A stretch of DNA of 64,000 nucleotides. It comes from the human T2T-CHM13v2.0 reference genome, Homo sapiens. Positions 30,905 through 51,382 of the stretch are shown piece by piece. The stretch is from NCBI RefSeq assembly GCF_009914755.1, contig NC_060932.1, one strand, 5' to 3'. Under the pieces are notes generated by a model that did no database searches, was not told the DNA's origin, and saw only the letters and a list, made by a program, of their open reading frames with translations. Every line of letters starts with the position of its first letter. The stretch's first letter is position 1. A program made the position numbers and the translations under genes.

Positions 30905-31210
30905 CAAGAGGCAGTGAAACATAATGGTTAGGGCATCATCTATGGGACTAGATACCTAAGTACTATAACCTTCCCGAAGAAGGTTACATCATCAGTTCAG
31001 CAAACCAACGGCACATGTGCAGACTGCATACTCTGCTCAGTAGACCAGATACTGGCTTCACCACTTACTGTGATTTTGGACAAGTTACTTAATCTCTTTG
31101 AGCCATCTATACACTGGGAATTCCGAGAGTGCCTAACTCATAAGGTTAAAAGAGTTTATAGGTATAAAGCACTTAACCCAATGCCTTGTAACAATTCATA
31201 ATAATTGTTT
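30905..31210 (+). mobile_element. MIR interrupted by a 66-bp local copy
   Basis: ataatggttaggg...ccacttactgtgattttggacaagttacttaatctc. Confidence 0.7.
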
Positions 31211-31240
31211 GTAATTACCATTAATAATAAATCACAAACA

Positions 31241-31560
31241 GGTTGGGTATGGTGGCTCATGCCTGTAATCCCAGCAATTTGGGAGCCTGAGGTGGGAGAA
31301 TTGCTTCAGCCTAGAAGTTTGAGACCAGCCTGAGTAACATTGCGAGACCTCATCTCTATCAACAATTAAAAAAGTAGCCAGGCATGGTGGCGCACACATG
31401 TAGTCCCAGCTACTTGGGAGGCTGAGGTGGGAGGATCACATGAGCCCAGGACTTCGAGGCTGCAGTGAGCTATGATCATGCCACTGAGCTCATGCCATGC
31501 CATGTCACCCAGCCTGGGTGACAGAGTGAGACCCTGTCTCTAAATAAATAAATAATAATA
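31241..31560 (+). mobile_element. Alu (AluJ)
   Basis: GGAGGATCACATGAGCCCAGG, GAGGCTGCAGTGAGCTATGATC; TSD cacaaaca. Confidence 0.93.
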
Positions 31561-33624
31561 CTATAAGCCACAAACATTTATTACTAAAATTTAAATTATG
31601 ATTATTTATTGACCATTATGATTGAATCCTCCTAGAGCTCCAATTCTTAATGCCCTCTCTCCCACGCCAATTGCAATCTTTTCCTGATGTATCTTTTTTT
31701 CATTTGAGATTCAGATCACTCAGCAAGTGTATTTGTTAGCTGGTAGAACATAAGTTACATGATAAGTACCTGCAAGGAGAATTGGAACAATCATTCATTG
31801 ACCTAAACATGATGCTATTCCAAAGCCGAGATAGCCCTTCTTCCTCATTTAAAGTGCAATTGGATTATTGATGTGTAAACCAGTATATCTGTCTGGAATT
31901 ACGTTCTACAGGGCTAAAGAAATGATGATCTGACCTAGGTGTGCACTCTGGAAGATTCCCATGAAAATCTCTCCATGTTTTTTGTTTATTGGCACGTCAG
32001 CTTTTCAGAGGCACTGTTCAGCCAAAGGGCATGTGTTTTTATGTTCTGAAAAATTGTATTAACCAACAGTGTAAAACAACAGAAACCGGTTGCAAAGCTT
32101 TCACTTTTAAAGAGTTTCCAAGCACCCTGCCCTTTTCCTAAAGGACTCTTTTCCCTTTTATGGATGAGCACCAGGCTCCAAGACAGTGTAAATAGAGTTT
32201 CCTGTTCCAGGGAAGTGCTGGCTCCTGCAGGAGCCCAGGGGTCCTTTGGGAAAAGTTGATAGGAACTATGAGCTGTATGTGCCCTGAGGCTTAGGAGCCA
32301 GCTGAGCCAGGAGGGAGGGAAACACATTTAACAGCCCCTTTGTGCAGACTTCAGTCCCAGAAGCACTTCTGGGAAAATAAGTCCAGTGCCATACACACAG
32401 TCCTTGCAAAGAATGGCAGGGAAGCTGGCCGGGCTGGAGAGAGCCATTCCCAGATTAGAGGCCTAAATCTTTGACCTGGCCACTTTGAGGAACCCAGAGA
32501 TGTCTGTAATTCCCACAATTCAGGGATCCTGTGCTTCAGATGAGTGAGGTTTCAAGAAGCAGAAGAAAACCGATTAGATGTTAACTTTGGCCCAATGGCA
32601 AATATTTTTCAGTGTGGTTAGTGTTTATGCACTGAGGACATGAAAATTAATATCTATTCTTCTCTCTTGGATTTTATCATCTTCCTGTGTTTTTAAATGA
32701 TAATAATAAAAAGCATTATTTTTGTGGTTGAGTTGATGGGCCGTTCACTTTGATAATTTTCTTTTGACTTTTGTGTGCTTTAGAATCTCATCAGTGGTGG
32801 CAAGGAAACAAACCAGAAAAGTACAATGAATACTTTTGGACTTATTCATTATGATATTATGACAATTATATTATTTTGATGATAGTTAACATTTACTGAA
32901 CACTTGCTATGTGCTCAGCAGTGAGTTAAGTCAATAGTCTCCATCCGTAAACAATCTTGCATGAACTTACAAATTGTCAGCTAAATTAATACAAAGTATG
33001 TAAACGTACAACCATGCTATTATGTTGTGTACATTTATAGAGCATAAACAAAAATAAAAACTAAAGGAGTGACATAAATAAACATAAATATCAGTTCTTA
33101 TATTTTCTTCTTGCATAAGAGCAGATTGTCTACTACTGGAGTCTCGGCACCCCTGTTTGAAGACCACTCTGCAAATACTGTCCAAACTATTATTAATTCC
33201 TTGCCCAAGACCATGGGTTATCTTTGTGTGTCTACCCTGTAACCTTACTGACTTCTGTAGCTTTTCCATCAGCACTTCCAGGAAGCCACACTATCATATT
33301 AGTGTATTCCTATTTCTGCTGCTTCTTAATCTAAATATTAGATGCACGTATTTAAACAGTGTGTCCAAATTTTTTACAGACTTATCATCTAAGATCCTTA
33401 AAACAGTTTGAGTCAAATTTGTAGCTTTATCTTCTGATCAGACATAAGAATCTCAGAATGAGATTTCCTCCTCTGAAGCTTCTTTCTTAATCCAGAAATG
33501 AAGTCTAAGTATCAGTCTTGTTTTGGGTATGGGTAAGATTAAGCTCACAAACACAGATAAAATTAAGAAAATGGTTCCATTTAGAATAGCAGCAAAAGAA
33601 AAATAAAATATTTAGGAATAATAA

Positions 33625-33993
<369 letters not shown>

Positions 33994-34486
33994 TAAATGA
34001 AAATTCATCCCATGTTCATGGATTGGAAGAGTTAATAGTGTTAAGATGGGAATACTCTTCAAATTGATCTACACATTTAACTCAATTCCTATCAAAGTCC
34101 CAGCTGACTTATTTCCAGAAACTCACAAACTGATCCTAAAATTCATGTGGAAATTCAAAGAACAGAGAACAGCCAAAACAATCTTAGAAAGAAGAGCAAA
34201 GTTGGAGGACTCATACTTTCTAATTCCCAAACATAATATAAAGCAACAGTAATCAAGACAGTATGGTGGTGGCATAAGGATAGACATATAGATCAACAAA
34301 CAGAGTTGAGAGTTCAGAAATAAGCTCTAACATTTATAGTCAGTTGATTTTCAACAAGTGTACCAGGACAATTCAATGGGAAAAGAATAGTATTTTCAAT
34401 AAATGATGTTGGGGAAACTGGATATCCACATGCCAATGAATGATGTTGGGACATTACAATCATGCCATATAAAAAAATTCAAAAGT

Positions 34487-34931
<445 letters not shown>

Positions 34932-34979
34932 TCATCAAAATTAAAATATTTTGTACTTCAAAGGATACTATTAAGATAG

Positions 34980-35305
<326 letters not shown>

Positions 35306-35495
35306 AATAATTAATAATTATTATTAATTAATAAGTATGTGAGCCAATTCACAGAATGGGAAGAAATTTGGGCAAATCATATATAATGTATTTGTATCTA
35401 GAATATATAAAGAACTATTACAATTAATTTTTTAAAAGGCAACTCAATTAAAAAAAACCCACAAATACCACAATTAAAAAATAGGCAAAGGATTA

Positions 35496-35985
<490 letters not shown>

Positions 35986-36931
35986 ACCAGTATAGGCGAG
36001 GATGTGGAAAAATTGGAACCTTTACGCATTGCTGGTAGAAATGTAAAATGATACAACCATTGTATAAAATAGTATGATACTTATTGAAAAAATAAACATA
36101 GAATTACCATATGATCCAGCAATTCCACTTCTGAGAATATACCTAAAAGAAGGGAAAGCAGGGATCCAGACAAATATCTATACATCCATGGCTGCATTAT
36201 CTACAATAGCCAAACAGTGGAAGGAATCCAAGTATCTGCCCATTGATGGGTGAATCAATAAATAAAATGAAAAGGGGTATATACGTATAATGGAATGTTC
36301 TCCAGCCTTAAAAAGAAATGAAAGTCTGACACATTCTACAACATGGATGAACCTTGAAGATGTGAAATAATTCAGTTATGAAAGGGCAAATATTATATAC
36401 TTCCACTTATATGAAAGTAGTCACATTCATAGAGACAAAATAGAAAGGTGGTTGCCTGGGGCTCGGTAGAGAAAATAATAAAGAATTATTGCTTAACGGG
36501 TGCAGAGTTTCAGCTTGAGAAGATGCAAAAATTTTGGAGATGGATGGTGGTGATGGTTGCACATCATCAGGAATGTAAGTAATGCCACAGAACTGTAGAC
36601 TTAAAGATGATTAAAATAGTAAATTTTATGTTATGTATATTTTACTACAATAAAGGAATATATTAAAATATAATAAAAAGCAAATTACCCAATTTAAAAA
36701 CAAAGGATCTGAATAGACATATCTCCAGAGAAGATATACAAGTGGCCTATATGTACATGAAAAATTGCTCACTGTTATTAGTCATCAGGAAATGAACATC
36801 AATACTGTCACGAGATACCTCTTTACATGCACCAGGATGGCTGTGATCAAGAAGACAGATAAATGTTAACGAGGATGTGGAGAAATTGGAAACTTCATAC
36901 CCTACTGGTGGGAATGTAAAATGGTGCAGCC

Positions 36932-37270
<339 letters not shown>

Positions 37271-38089
37271 TAGAAAAGAGTCTGGAAGTTCCTCAAATGG
37301 TTACATATAGAGTTACCACAAGATCCACTAGTTCCACTCCTAGGCATATTCTCAAGAACAGTAAAAACACATATCCACACAAACTTGCACATAAGTGCTC
37401 ATAGCAGCACTGTAACAGACAAAATGGAAACAACCCAAATGGTCACCAACTGATGAATAAATAAATAAAACGTGGTATACAAACAGTGGGATATTTGCAA
37501 TAAAGAGAAGTAAAATACTGATACACACTGAAACACGGAGGAAACTTTGATAGCATTATGGTAAGGGAAAGAAGCCAGTCAGAAAGGACTACATATTGTA
37601 TTTTTATATGAAATGTCTAGAATAAGCAAATCTATAGAGACAGAAAGCCGAGTAGTGGTTGCCTAGGGCTGGGAGAGTTGGGGAAACTGGTGTGACATCA
37701 GGGTTTCTTTGGGGGTTAATAAAAATATTCTAAAACAGATTGTGATAATATGTATGCAACTCTGTGAGTAGACTAGAGACCACGGAACTGTCCACTCTAA
37801 ATGGATGAATTGTGTGGTGTGTGGATTTTAAAATAGTTTTAGAAGAAAGTAAGCACAAAATGTTTAATATATATTTGTGGGATGACTAAAGTACAAAGAT
37901 ATAAATATTTATAGAATAATTTCAGAAAAATTAATTATTGACTCTCATACCCCTCTCATATATGTGAATATAAACATGAAATTGGGGCTATTCTCCTTGA
38001 TGTTAAAAGTTGGCCTTTGGTAGAAGAGAGATCAGCTATCTTCCTCTGTGGAAAAAAATGATGACATAGGATTTCACTATTCTTTTCCT

Positions 38090-39120
<1,031 letters not shown>

Positions 39121-39127
39121 TCTAATC

Positions 39128-39424
39128 TTTTTTTTTTTTTTTTTTTTGAGACAGGGTCTCATTCTGTTGCCCAGGCTGGAGTGCAGTGGCACAGTCATCA
39201 CTCACTGCAGCCTTGACCTCCCAGGTTCAAGTGATCCTCCCACCTCAGCCTCCTGAGTAACTGGGAATACAGGCGTGCACCACCATGCTCGGCTTTTTTT
39301 GTATTTTTGTAGAGACAGGGTCTTGTTATATTGCACAAGCTGGTCTCGAACTCCTGGGCTCAAGTGATCTGCCCACCTCAGCCTTCCAAAGTGCTGGGAT
39401 TACAAGCATGAGCCACTGCCTGAT
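39128..39424 (-). mobile_element. Alu (AluJ)
   Basis: GAGACAGGGTCTC, CACTGCAGCCTTGACCTCC, CCTGGGCTCAAGTGATC. Confidence 0.93.
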
Positions 39425-39715
39425 CTAGACTTTTAAACCCAAATATAAATTACTTCTGGATTTTGCTGTTGAATGGGAAATGCTGAGTCTCAGAGAGGGC
39501 CACAGGATGTGTTGGGTGTTGCCACGTTCCCGGAGCACCTTGTACTGAGTGTGCTCTGGGTGGAGGAGGGGAGGGAGAGCTGGGGACTCTCCAACATCTC
39601 TTCTCCTATTTTCAGGGAAAAAAAGAAAGCCAACCTTGAGAAGAAGGGCAGTAAGACACTCCGTAATGAATTTAAGAAGAAGCACTGTAATACTTTTTCA
39701 TTAAAAAGCAATGGA

Positions 39716-40032
<317 letters not shown>

Positions 40033-40132
40033 TTAAATTCTAGTTGCAGCTAAGTCCCTAAATAGCCCAATAAGCATTTTTATCACTCTTGGGCCTCAGG
40101 TATCTTATGTGCAGAGACAGATTTTCAAATAT

Positions 40133-40186
40133 CATACTTAAGCATCCTTCTAATTCCATACTTAAGCAACCTTCTAATTCTACTTA
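40133..40186. repeat. 24-bp tandem duplication
   Basis: catacttaagca(t/a)ccttctaattc x2 plus a partial unit. Confidence 0.9.
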
Positions 40187-40523
40187 GAAAGTTCAAGAAT
40201 GTGGCTGATGTTTCTAAGATAAGAGGCAGCATATGCAGTGATATTAGACTGTTGAAAATGAATGTATTTTATTTTTATCTTACTATTGATATTGTAGTCA
40301 GAAGATGCAAGCTGATATCTTGCTGATATGATTAGGGGAAAGGGCATTTACATGAGTTTCCTAAATTCTATCACTTGGTGACACATTTGTTAGTAGTCTT
40401 TACTCATCCACGTGGCATATGCTATCATCTATAGCAGTATAACCTGTGATATTATGAAAGGAATAAAAATGCTTATTTAAAATATTTTCTTATCTGTGAG
40501 ATGAAGATGGATTGCGATAAGTG

Positions 40524-40824
<301 letters not shown>

Positions 40825-40846
40825 GATACCTAAGTGGGCTGCTTAA

Positions 40847-42345
<1,499 letters not shown>

Positions 42346-42429
42346 AAATTTCGTACCAGGAGAAAGGTCAGTCCACAATTACCTGTCGGTTAGCAATATG
42401 CTTTATGAATTGGGTATGGAGCATCTAAA

Positions 42430-42662
42430 ATAGAATTTTGTTTTAGAAAATAGTTATTTTTCACAACTGCATATTATTTGTGTTGGCTATAATAGATTTG
42501 TTATTTTAAATGGATAAATAACAGTACTTAAAAGTGTTCAATTTTAATTTCTAATATGCTTACTATCGATAGATGTGACCCACATAAACAAAAGCATTTG
42601 GGTTTCTCTGTAATTTTTAGGGTATAAAGAGTTCTCAGGGCCAAGAGGCTTGAGGCCTGCTG
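42430..42662 (+). mobile_element. Charlie1-like hAT transposon end
   Basis: aatttctaata...tatcgatagatgtgacccacataaacaaaagc...terminal gcttgaggcctgctg. Confidence 0.65.
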
Positions 42663-42679
42663 GTCTACATCCCCATCAT

Positions 42680-43950
42680 CTGGACTTCCTCATCTCCCAC
42701 ACATTTCTCAGCCCTTTGCTAATATTGCTGCTTCTTCTTCTACTGCTTTCCTGAAGCTCTTTGTGGTAAGATTACCTATAAATGCCAAATTTCAAAATCC
42801 AATTCACATTTTTGTTTCTTACCTTGTTTGAACATCTTTAAGCCTCTTACACTGTTGTCTACACCCTTCATAAAAATGTTTCTCCCCTGATGTTGGGACA
42901 CTAGCACTGGCACCATCTCCTCCTGCCTCCCCACTCTCCAATCCTCTTTGGCTTTCTCCTTGCCCTTATATGCTGGTTGTTTCTCAGGGTTCCAACCTAG
43001 ATTTTCTCCTGTTACTGATCTACGTATTTTCCTTGGTGTGTCTCATTCAAATCATTGGCTTCAGTTGCTTCCAATATACCAATGATTTCCAAATCTGCAT
43101 TTCTTTCCTGGGCTTCATATCCTTATTTCAAATATGTATTCCTGCCAAAGAAGCATCTCAAAAAGAGCATGTCCAACTGAAACTCATGAGCTTTTTCTTC
43201 CTGAACTCACATTTACTTGCATGCTGCGTAGGTCAATAATATTATTATTCATTTATTTGGAAACAACAAAAAAGAAAATCAAAAACAATAGCTTAAAAAT
43301 TTTGTAAAGCTGTTTTTTACTCCTCCTGCTCCTTGCCCCCTGCCCGTGCCATGTAGTAAATCTCCAACTCCAATTCTAGCTCCAAAATATCTTGTATGTA
43401 CTTCTTGTTTTTCCTCCTGTCTCTGTTGCTCACACTATCTTTTCCCTGAGTGATCGCAACTGTCCTATTGATCAGCCTCCTGCACACCTTCTCCCCACCC
43501 CTCGTCAGGGTGATCTTTCCAGCATGCATATGGCATTGTCACTTCTGGCAGTCAACATTCTTCCATGCTTCCTCCTCACCTGCAGGATGAAATTCATGCT
43601 CCTTAAGCAGGCAAAGGCACAGGAGTCCTTCATTATTTGATCCTATGGAGTTTCCCACTGAGTGTCTTGCCATTCCTAGTTTCTACCCTGTTTCCCAGCC
43701 GTGCTTTATGATGGGACCGTGCCTGTGCTCAGGTGGTTTTCTCTGTCCAGGATGTCCATACCCTCCATTCTGTGTGCCCCCTCTTAGAGGTCATCTCCTC
43801 TTTGAGAGCTTCCTTCTCTCTCAGCCCCCAGGCATTTATTTGCTTTATCTAGCAAATTCCCAAATCAGTTAGAATCAGGCCTTATCATATCTCCCTGTAC
43901 TGTAGATACATTTACATCTCTAATTCCCCACAAGGCTGTGTCTCCTCTGT
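42680..43950 (+). mobile_element. L2 relic
   Basis: ccaatataccaatgatttccaaatctgcat, gcatctcaaaagagcatgtccaactgaaactc, caggatgaaattcatgctcctta. Confidence 0.7.
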
Positions 43951-45183
43951 GCTCCACACACTGTCCAAGCCCACTGACAGGTGTGCAAATGGATTAGTCA
44001 GAACTAACGGGGAGGTCAGAACAGGGATCTTTTACTTTCTCTTTGAAGCAGCTGCAGAGATTAATTTCTTTTCATTGTTAAATCAAGATAGAAATATTAA
44101 ATTGCTTCATCACGGAAAAAAACGGGTTCAAAATAAAAAATTTGGGGATGTAGATGAAATGAATTTTCCCTCACAGAGCGATCAAGATTGTTCCCTGCAG
44201 TCTCGTCGTTGGCTTCTTCCCATGGATTAGCAATGTGGGCCAAGATTTAGAGAAAATAAGATATGCTGGAATGAAGGCATTTGGGGGAAAAAAAGGAAAA
44301 CCAGGTAGGTTACTTGGAAAGAAAAGTACCAAAGGAGATGAGGGAGATAGAACAAGAAAAGGAAAAAAAGATTGTGGGAAAGAATGCACAGAAACAGTAC
44401 TAAAGAATAGTCCATTTGCTGCCAATAAGGGGCTACAGGGAAAAAGAAATACAGGAATGAGAGGAAACCCTGACAGGATGCAGCTTCACAATTCTTTTCA
44501 GAGCTCAAGCTCAGGCAGACTTCTTGATATTGTCTCTAAAGTGTGTGTTCACCCTGACGCTCATGTCCATGTAGTTTCTCTCTCTGAGGCATTCCAGGGT
44601 CAAAAGGTCAGAGCTCCAGCATTAGAATAGGAAACTGTCTTTTCTGGACGGAGTGCCATCTTAGAAATAAACCTAGCCAATGCTTCAATCATTTGATGAA
44701 ATAGCTCCAATAATTATGAGTTTGGTTTAAGACATTGATGAGATGTTTATTGACCCCAATTGTTATATTTAATTTCTTCTATCTTGTATAGTATATAGGA
44801 TTTTAATAAAATCTATGCCAAATCTTAACATTCTTCAATATCAAAAGTCATAAATAACTCTTACTCAAAACCATATAAGAGATCTAGGCTATAGCTAGCA
44901 ATTGCTTCAGTTAAAGAGTGATACAGCTATAAATTTAATCCTAATTTTAAAATTGCAGCAAAACATAAGGATTGAATTTACAAATCCCTCATTTTTTGCA
45001 AAGATTTCTCCAGAATTGGAACTTTTGTTTGTTTAGTCATAAACTACATGTTGAATGAAATTATCCAAAATTTCATAAGAGTGTTATGTGGTAACACTTT
45101 ATAAGTAAAATATGCTTTCTTATTTAACCTCCTGGTAATGTTTGCCTGGTATTGAAAGACAACACCATATCTAATTATTTTAA

Positions 45184-45551
<368 letters not shown>

Positions 45552-46775
45552 ATAACCTTCACGTTCAAAGCACTCTCCCATCTATTATTAAGGCCTCTGA
45601 GAAAATCTCCTTTTTATATATATTCTCAAGTCAGAATTATTAGTCTCCATCTTTCATCTTAGTCTTCTTCAAATACCAAACTCTTTACTAAGCAGTTAGA
45701 CACAAGTAGTTTCACCAGTTCTATCACTCAAATACGGTTTCATAAGTTCTGCCTAGTGATTGCCCATCAGAGGGGATATGGATTTGTGGGCAGGAAATAG
45801 AATAGAAACCTAACTCTAACTCTTCTGTGAAATGTAGTGTTTAGGTTAATATTCTTCCTTAACTGCCATCTGCTTTTTTTTGTTTGTTTAACACTTTGTC
45901 CAAATCTCTCAAACCTTACACCGCAGAATCATGGAGTGTTCAAGCCTGAAGGGAATGGAGAGATTGGGCCAGCTCCTCTTGGATGCATCCTGAAATCGAG
46001 GACCAGTCAGAGGCAGGGAGTCGCCCACTATCAATCCCGATCACTAGGAGGAGGGCTGAAGAAGAGTGGAACTCGGGTTTCCCAGCTCAAGCCCCTCCCC
46101 ATCGGGGCACATCACACCACCTCTTCCCATGCCACTTAAAACAGCGTGCTGCTGCATCCCCCAAAGTCCGGAACACATTTCAGATTCATCAGCCAATCCA
46201 GTTTAAGAGAATTGGTGTTGGCTCCCCTTGTTAGAACAGACAGAACAGACCACTCGAGAATCTTTTGTATTTGTTGACAAATATAAATAGAGATAAAAGA
46301 GAGGAAAGAGGGGAGATGAACTTGAAGCTGTACGGCTTAACATTGAAGCCATGTGGCGTAAGCAGTTAAACACAGGGACCCCGTCTCACACTGCCTGGTT
46401 CCCTCCTCCAGCTGTGTTGTCTGCTAATGACTGTGTGGCCGCGGGCCAGCTGCTTGGTCTCTCTAGCCTCAGCTTAGGGTTTCTGTGATGGCTATATGAG
46501 CTCAAGGATTTACAAGGAGTCCTGTTACATGGTGAGCACACAGGTGTTAACTGTTAGGGAAAGAGCTCCTTTTTATTCAGAGGAGCCCGACATAACTTCA
46601 CAGGACTTGAAGGTGTCTTATATAGTCACTCATCTGCAAAGACATGTGGTCTTTTCAGCACTTCTTTCTCTCTCTAATGTGGTTCTACTAAGCTACCCAC
46701 ATTTAAGATCCCAGCCAGGTCACTCGGGTGCTGCTAAATTGTGTAATTCAGTGTGACCCTAAGAGACCCATATAG

Positions 46776-47087
<312 letters not shown>

Positions 47088-48350
47088 AGCTATGATTTGT
47101 TTTAGGGCTGTCCAGAGCCAACTCATCTACCCCACACAGACTGTCTTGAGAGGAAGACACATCTGCTCCCTAAAAGCCTAGGGGTAGGAGTATCTCATTC
47201 CCGTCAGCGTTCCACACATCCCTTAGCTGAACCCAAGAGGTTGATTCCAACCTTCATGTCAATTTCAGACAGACGGACCCAAGGTCAAGAAGGAAAACAC
47301 TGAAATTATCCAAGGATCTTCGCTTTCTCTCCATCCCCTGGGAGAACATTTCAGGTTTATTAGACAGTTTGTCTGTTAACATTATTCACTTGAAACAAAA
47401 CCCTGGGTGTGTGCCTTTTGGAGAACTATGTAAATCAACAAAGCTATACATAGAACAGAGCGATTCGCTCAGCAGCCAAGTTCCCCACAGATAGCAGGTG
47501 GACAGATCACGCCGAGGAAAGGAAGCGCAGCCTTTCCTTATTTTTCTAGCATTCTAGGCTTAGCAGTCAATGCACATCCTCTATGCTGTTGTTGGCTATT
47601 CAAATAAATATTGACAAAAGGTGACTAATTATTACAAGGTGTTAGTTTGTATGATCACACTGTAAGTAATGGTGGAGCTCATTTCTGAAACATTAGTATT
47701 ATGTGTATTTATTATTTTGGTCTTAATTTTAGAGGTAATTTAGAAATGGCATATCAAAAAGTAATCAAATATTTAAATTCATAGCTAGCAAAACTAAAAT
47801 ATCATTTATGTATACTTTGAAAAACTCTACATTACCACTGTGGTTTAATTCAACTCAGAGACATTTAAAAGCGGAGATGAACAGGCATTTGTGCCATGCT
47901 AATATCTTTCTCACATTTTCTTAATGCTGTTGCAATTACCTACGGAAACACAGAAAGCCATGTCCCATCTGCCCAGCACACGTCGCCTCCTGTTTTTCGT
48001 TTCTTTACAGTGACATTCAGCACTTCTCTGGTTTTCCAGACAGTTTTCAGTTCTGAAGTAAAAGTTGTTTCTTAATTTCTTCTCAGGTTGTGTGAGGGAG
48101 TATCTCATAAATCCTAGGCTGACCCCTTTTTGGAGATCAAAAACAAAACAAGATTGCTATGAAGACCTGGGGTGAAATTAAGCCTCCAGGGTTGTGGCTG
48201 TTGTAGTGTTTCCCCCTTTTCTAACTCCCTCTCCCAAACCTCTCCTTCCAGGATGCGCCACACAGAGTCTTGATGCAGGCCCAGTGTCTTGTCTACTGCC
48301 AACCAGGGGCCAGCTTTTGCATTTGCTTTGATGGTCTATTCCAGAATCTT

Positions 48351-48935
<585 letters not shown>

Positions 48936-50135
48936 TCTTTTCCTGAATCTTCAGGTGAAAATCTGAAGGGAGGAAGTAGGGCAGGCTTCAGACTAGCTTC
49001 AGTGGTGACTTGCTCTTCAGGGTCTTTGGTCAGATGAACCTTTCCATGCAGTGATGCTCGGGGACCTATACTTGAAGTGAGGCAGAGCATTTTCTGGCTC
49101 TTTAAGCAGAACTGATAAGGACATGACTTATAAGGACATGGCATTCCCGAAGCCAAAGATGTCCCAGCTGCAACCTGTGTCCCAGCTGCAGTCCACTTGG
49201 CTGCCTGGCAAATCCATCTTCCTTCATGGCTGGCCCTGTCTCCACCTCCTTATGAGAGAGCCCCGCTGCTGGCTGTGGTTATTTTTACAGATAGTCCACT
49301 TTCTTAGGGAAGACAAAGGTTTCCTGATAACGTTTTGATTTAGCAAGTGGATGTATTCTCACTCTCTGAACATCCTGAAGTGTGTGCCTGTCACTCACCC
49401 TGCAAGACTCTACCACCAGGCTTCATCATGAGAAAAGCCCCTCCTGGCCCTGAGGGAGCCCTAGAGCAGGGCAGGGCAGGGTCTCTTATTGTGTACCCAC
49501 ACGCTAGCGATGTCACTGCCTGTCACTTGTGTACACAACCTTCATCCCACGTGACTTACGAGCTCTCGAGAGTGGGACATATGTCTCCTTTGCCATCCTA
49601 TCTTCTGGCTTAGCAGGGTCCCATTCAAAATGCATGTGTGCCCAGCAACAGGGCCATACCCTCAGGTCCTTTCCCCAGCTTCCGACTGGGAGCTGCAGCT
49701 ACCTGCTCATTAGCTGCATTCAGACATCAAACAGGTAGTGTTAAAATCACTGGATTCTCCTCCCCTCCCCAGAGCTGCTCCTGCTCCGGCGTCCCTAGTC
49801 AACAGTCATTATTCACATGATTACCTGAGCCTTAGACCTGGAGTCACACTTAGCTCCTCCATCTCCCCAGACACTCCCCCCTCCACAATACAGCTTCCAC
49901 CTTTAATCAGTTACCTAAGTCCTGCCAGCTTCTTATCATTCAAATTTATCAACTGCTCTTTATTTGCCTTGACACTCCCTTCATTTCAGCAATGGTAATA
50001 TGTCACCTGAATTAATATAACAGCTCCCAAATCAGTGTTCTTGTCCCCACTGCAACTGCCCTTCATCATAAGAACTGTTTCTTGCACATACATTGGTAGC
50101 TTCACTGCTTGCTGGAAGTTGCTCAGCAGCCTTAG

Positions 50136-50641
50136 TGTGGTTTCATGGGCCACTGCTGTTTTACCCTGTCTATCATCCACTCCTCCTACCTCTGGTCACA
50201 GTGCCTGATTTTCACAAGGGCAACTCCCCTTTCCACATCCTCCCTCCTTTTGCTTTGATCCCCGCCCATTCCTCTCTACCTCTGATAAGCCAGCTCCAAG
50301 GCAGAAAGAGGGATCATCCCCCTGGTGCAGTGACTGATTCAGGGTTGGCCATTCATCTCCACCAGCCCCACAGAAAATCAGTCTTGGGAACTACTGGTCA
50401 GCAAGAGTTCCTTCTGCTGGGTTTGCAAAATGGGAGAATCCGAGCCTGGAGCTGCTGGTGGCCATCTGGACATGAGGGACTTGGCCTGCAAGAGATGGGC
50501 CAACAGCAGAGACTGAGCACAGACTTCTGACATGTCCAAGCACTTGGATCCAGGCTTGCTCAAACCACTGCACCCCCAGTCTTCAGTTTCTGTTTGGATT
50601 TATATTTTTAAACTTGCCAACAAAAGAGACTTGACTGCTCC
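50136..50641 (+). mobile_element. MLT1 (J/K-like) MaLR solo LTR within an L2 relic
   Basis: gagcctggagctgctggtggccatct, aagcacttggatccaggc, acttgccaacaaaagagacttgact; TG...CA ends. Confidence 0.7.
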
Positions 50642-51074
50642 AGATACAAGACCCTTGGTGACCAGGACTCTCCCTGTCTTTTGGAGGGTCCATGCTTTCT
50701 CTTACCGCCCAACTATGGCTCAAGTTACCTCCTTTTCTGGGATTTCCTTTTCTTTTCTTTGTTTGAATATCTCCTATTCATCCTTCAAATATTTGCTAAC
50801 ACTTCACCACCTCTGAGAAGCCTTTTCTGACCCCCACCAGACTCCTTGATCATTTTACCTTCTCATAGCACGTAACATATTACATCCTAATCACCTCTTT
50901 ATGTGGGGGGACTTTCTCTAGACTACAGCCTCCTTAAGACTAGTATTATGTTTTATCATTGTTGTACCTCCAAAATCATATGTATTCACTCACATGTATG
51001 AAATAAGAAAATTAACGCTCAAAAAGAGACAAAAGAGAAATTATTACCTTGATTTGATTAAAATACATTTGTAT

Positions 51075-51382
51075 GTACTTGGCCATCTGCACCTGTGGAT
51101 TCAACCAATCAGGGCTCAAAAACATTAGGAAAAAAACAATAAAAATAACAATACAATAAAAAATCAAACAAATAAAAAACAATATAAGATAACCACTATT
51201 TCCATAGTATTGACATTGTATTAGGTATTATAAGTAATCTAGAGATGATTTAAAGTATACAGGAGGGTGTGCATAGGTTATATGGAAATAGTACACCACT
51301 TTATATCAGGGACTTGAGCATCCATGGATTTTGGTATCCATGGGGGTCCTGGAACCAATCCCCAAGGGTACAGAGAAGCAAC
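51075..51382 (+). mobile_element. MER2B-type TcMar-Tigger MITE
   Basis: cattgtattaggtattataagtaatctagagatgatttaaagtatacaggag, gggacttgagcatccatggattttggtatcc, gggtcctggaaccaatcccc. Confidence 0.88.

Noticed and set aside
44235-44630. 131-aa Lys/Gly-rich ORF in non-repeat DNA
   Set aside because: Explained by purine-rich low complexity. No ATG start, no recognisable domain and no splice context.
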